Source: Marsupella aquatica (Eukaryota; Plantae; Marchantiophyta). Taken from it: a DNA stretch of 64,000 nt. The position numbers were made by a program, and so were the translations under genes. The DNA is taken from NCBI GenBank assembly GCA_973895155.1, contig OZ316898.1:18859292-18923291 (forward strand), read 5' to 3'. The notes beneath the pieces were generated by a model. The model was not told the origin of the DNA. It made no database searches and worked only from the letters and a program-made list of their open reading frames with translations. Shown here in pieces: positions 62,357 to 64,000 of the stretch; the first letter of the stretch is position 1, and each line of letters begins with the position of its first letter.

Positions 62357-64000
62357 ACTGATCCTCCACGACAATTAGTGGGCCCAAAGAAATGCTGACG
62401 CAGAGTGTTACCTTTGTCTACAGTAGAATCTTAAATCACCTCCCGAGGTGGTCCAAACCGTATTTGATTTGTAAGTGCCAAAATTTTGCCAAATCTCACC
62501 TCACTTGGAAAGTTTTTACCACGCTTGACAAAAACATAAGAGCCTTTTCCTCGGATAAGCCAGTTTTCCAAAAATCAATCCAGGAAAATTAGATAGATTT
62601 AGTATTTATTGATGTCCGATCAATGGAGTTTTGGTATGGAGTCTACCATAAAGAACAATAGGTACCCCTCCAGTTTGATTTGGTGGAAAAAAGTCAGAAG
62701 TAGCCACTTTCTTGTTTTATAAAGGCACCCCAAGTAAAATATCAAAGTCCACAAAGAGTATGGACAACCTTTCCCTGCCTCCATTTAAAATTTTGCCAGA
62801 TTTCACCTCACTTAAATCTTGGTCACATTTGGCGAACTTAGCCATGTTTTCTGTCTTAGATCAGCCAGTTTCAGACCTAGCCACACAGACCTCCTTAGTC
62901 ACAATCTGACAATTATCATTAAATCTGAGGAGATTGAAAGATCTTAAATTATTTTCTTAAAAATAGATCAGGCACATTCTTAGCATCTTCTCCTTCCTAA
63001 GTAAAAATTGTTAAAAAGTACCCTGCCCCTGTCTTCTAAAGCCACCGAAAAGCTCAAAATCCACTATCGTTTATGATTTCTTTCAATCTTTGTCTTTCCT
63101 TTTACACCAAATAATATATTCTTTGAGTAGGAGTGGAGTAGGAGAAGACCGATTTACTAAAAAGTGCCAAACAAAGTACAATGGAGTGGCTCCACTTCTC
63201 CTCTTGGCTTTTTCACTTTCTCTCGTTGATCAGCCGCCTTTTCGTTCCTCGCTCCAGCCATAATAATTATTCCAATTCACACTTCCCTAGAGCTTGTCCT
63301 TTTGTCCCCTCAGCCGTCTTTCTGGCCCCTCCTCAGAAGTGGGCCATGCCTGATTGCCTGGCCTCTCAGTCTCTAACTCTTCACAGTACAATAATAATTA
63401 TACAATAATAATTATACACCACTGTTCTAGTACTGTGTGCATCGTACATTTGTTACACCTGTTTTGAGTTGGGGCAATGAGGTCATGAGGCGGGGTGCCT
63501 AGAGAAAGAGGACTCCACTCTCACCCTTGTTAAGTTAGCATTTAATTAGTGTGAGTGTGAATTAGCATTAGTCCAACCATGCTAGGGACAAGGATTCTCA
63601 TGGGGGCACCCATCTTCTATACAAGTATAATAGGCAATCTCGTCATTTTCATCTTTAGTCCCATTGCAAAATTTAATATGGGTGAAAATTAAAACTGGCA
63701 GTTAAATATTTGAATTTATCATATCAGTTTGATTCAATCATGAGTACTTCCACTCCCGACAATACCATTTGGTCCCTCTATGCCTGCCTCGCACCTACGT
63801 GTGCCTCACAAATACGTGCCTCGCACCGGACTCTCACGTCGGACCCTAGCATCGCCACCAATGAGGGATAACGATGCCTCATCATTCCCCTCCCCTCTGT
63901 GCCTCGTCATTCCCTCCCTCTTCGCAAATGCTCCCCCCATGCCTCTGTCAGTACATCCCCTCCCCTCCATGCCTCATCATTCCCTCCCTCCCTTGGAATG

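Overview
Eukaryotic nuclear DNA from a land plant, most likely a bryophyte such as a liverwort (inferred from gene content, GT-AG introns and TE types). The left half (about 1-34 kb) is a nest of decayed transposons: Copia LTRs with gag, RT and RNase H fragments, a Kolobok-like transposase relic, MITEs, and two ~1.4-kb elements with unusual AG...CT termini and 5-bp TSDs. It also holds a ~11-12 kb Mutator-like element (~17.3-28.8 kb). The right half carries host genes: ZCCHC8-like, pTAC12/HEMERA, SDH7, NAA20 and an ERD15/CID-like PAM2 gene. The main candidate novel system is the Mutator-like element. It encodes a GCM-MULE-SWIM transposase and, divergently, an intron-containing ParB/Srx-like + beta-class DNA amino-methyltransferase-like fusion. 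About 21 copies of a 15-bp palindrome, TAGCGCCNGGCGCTA, sit in its introns, shared promoter and flanks, and I found none elsewhere in the window. This resembles a parS-like or VANC-like self-recognition and epigenetic module. This copy is pseudogenised. All domain calls come from manual translation and motif recognition; no database searches were run.
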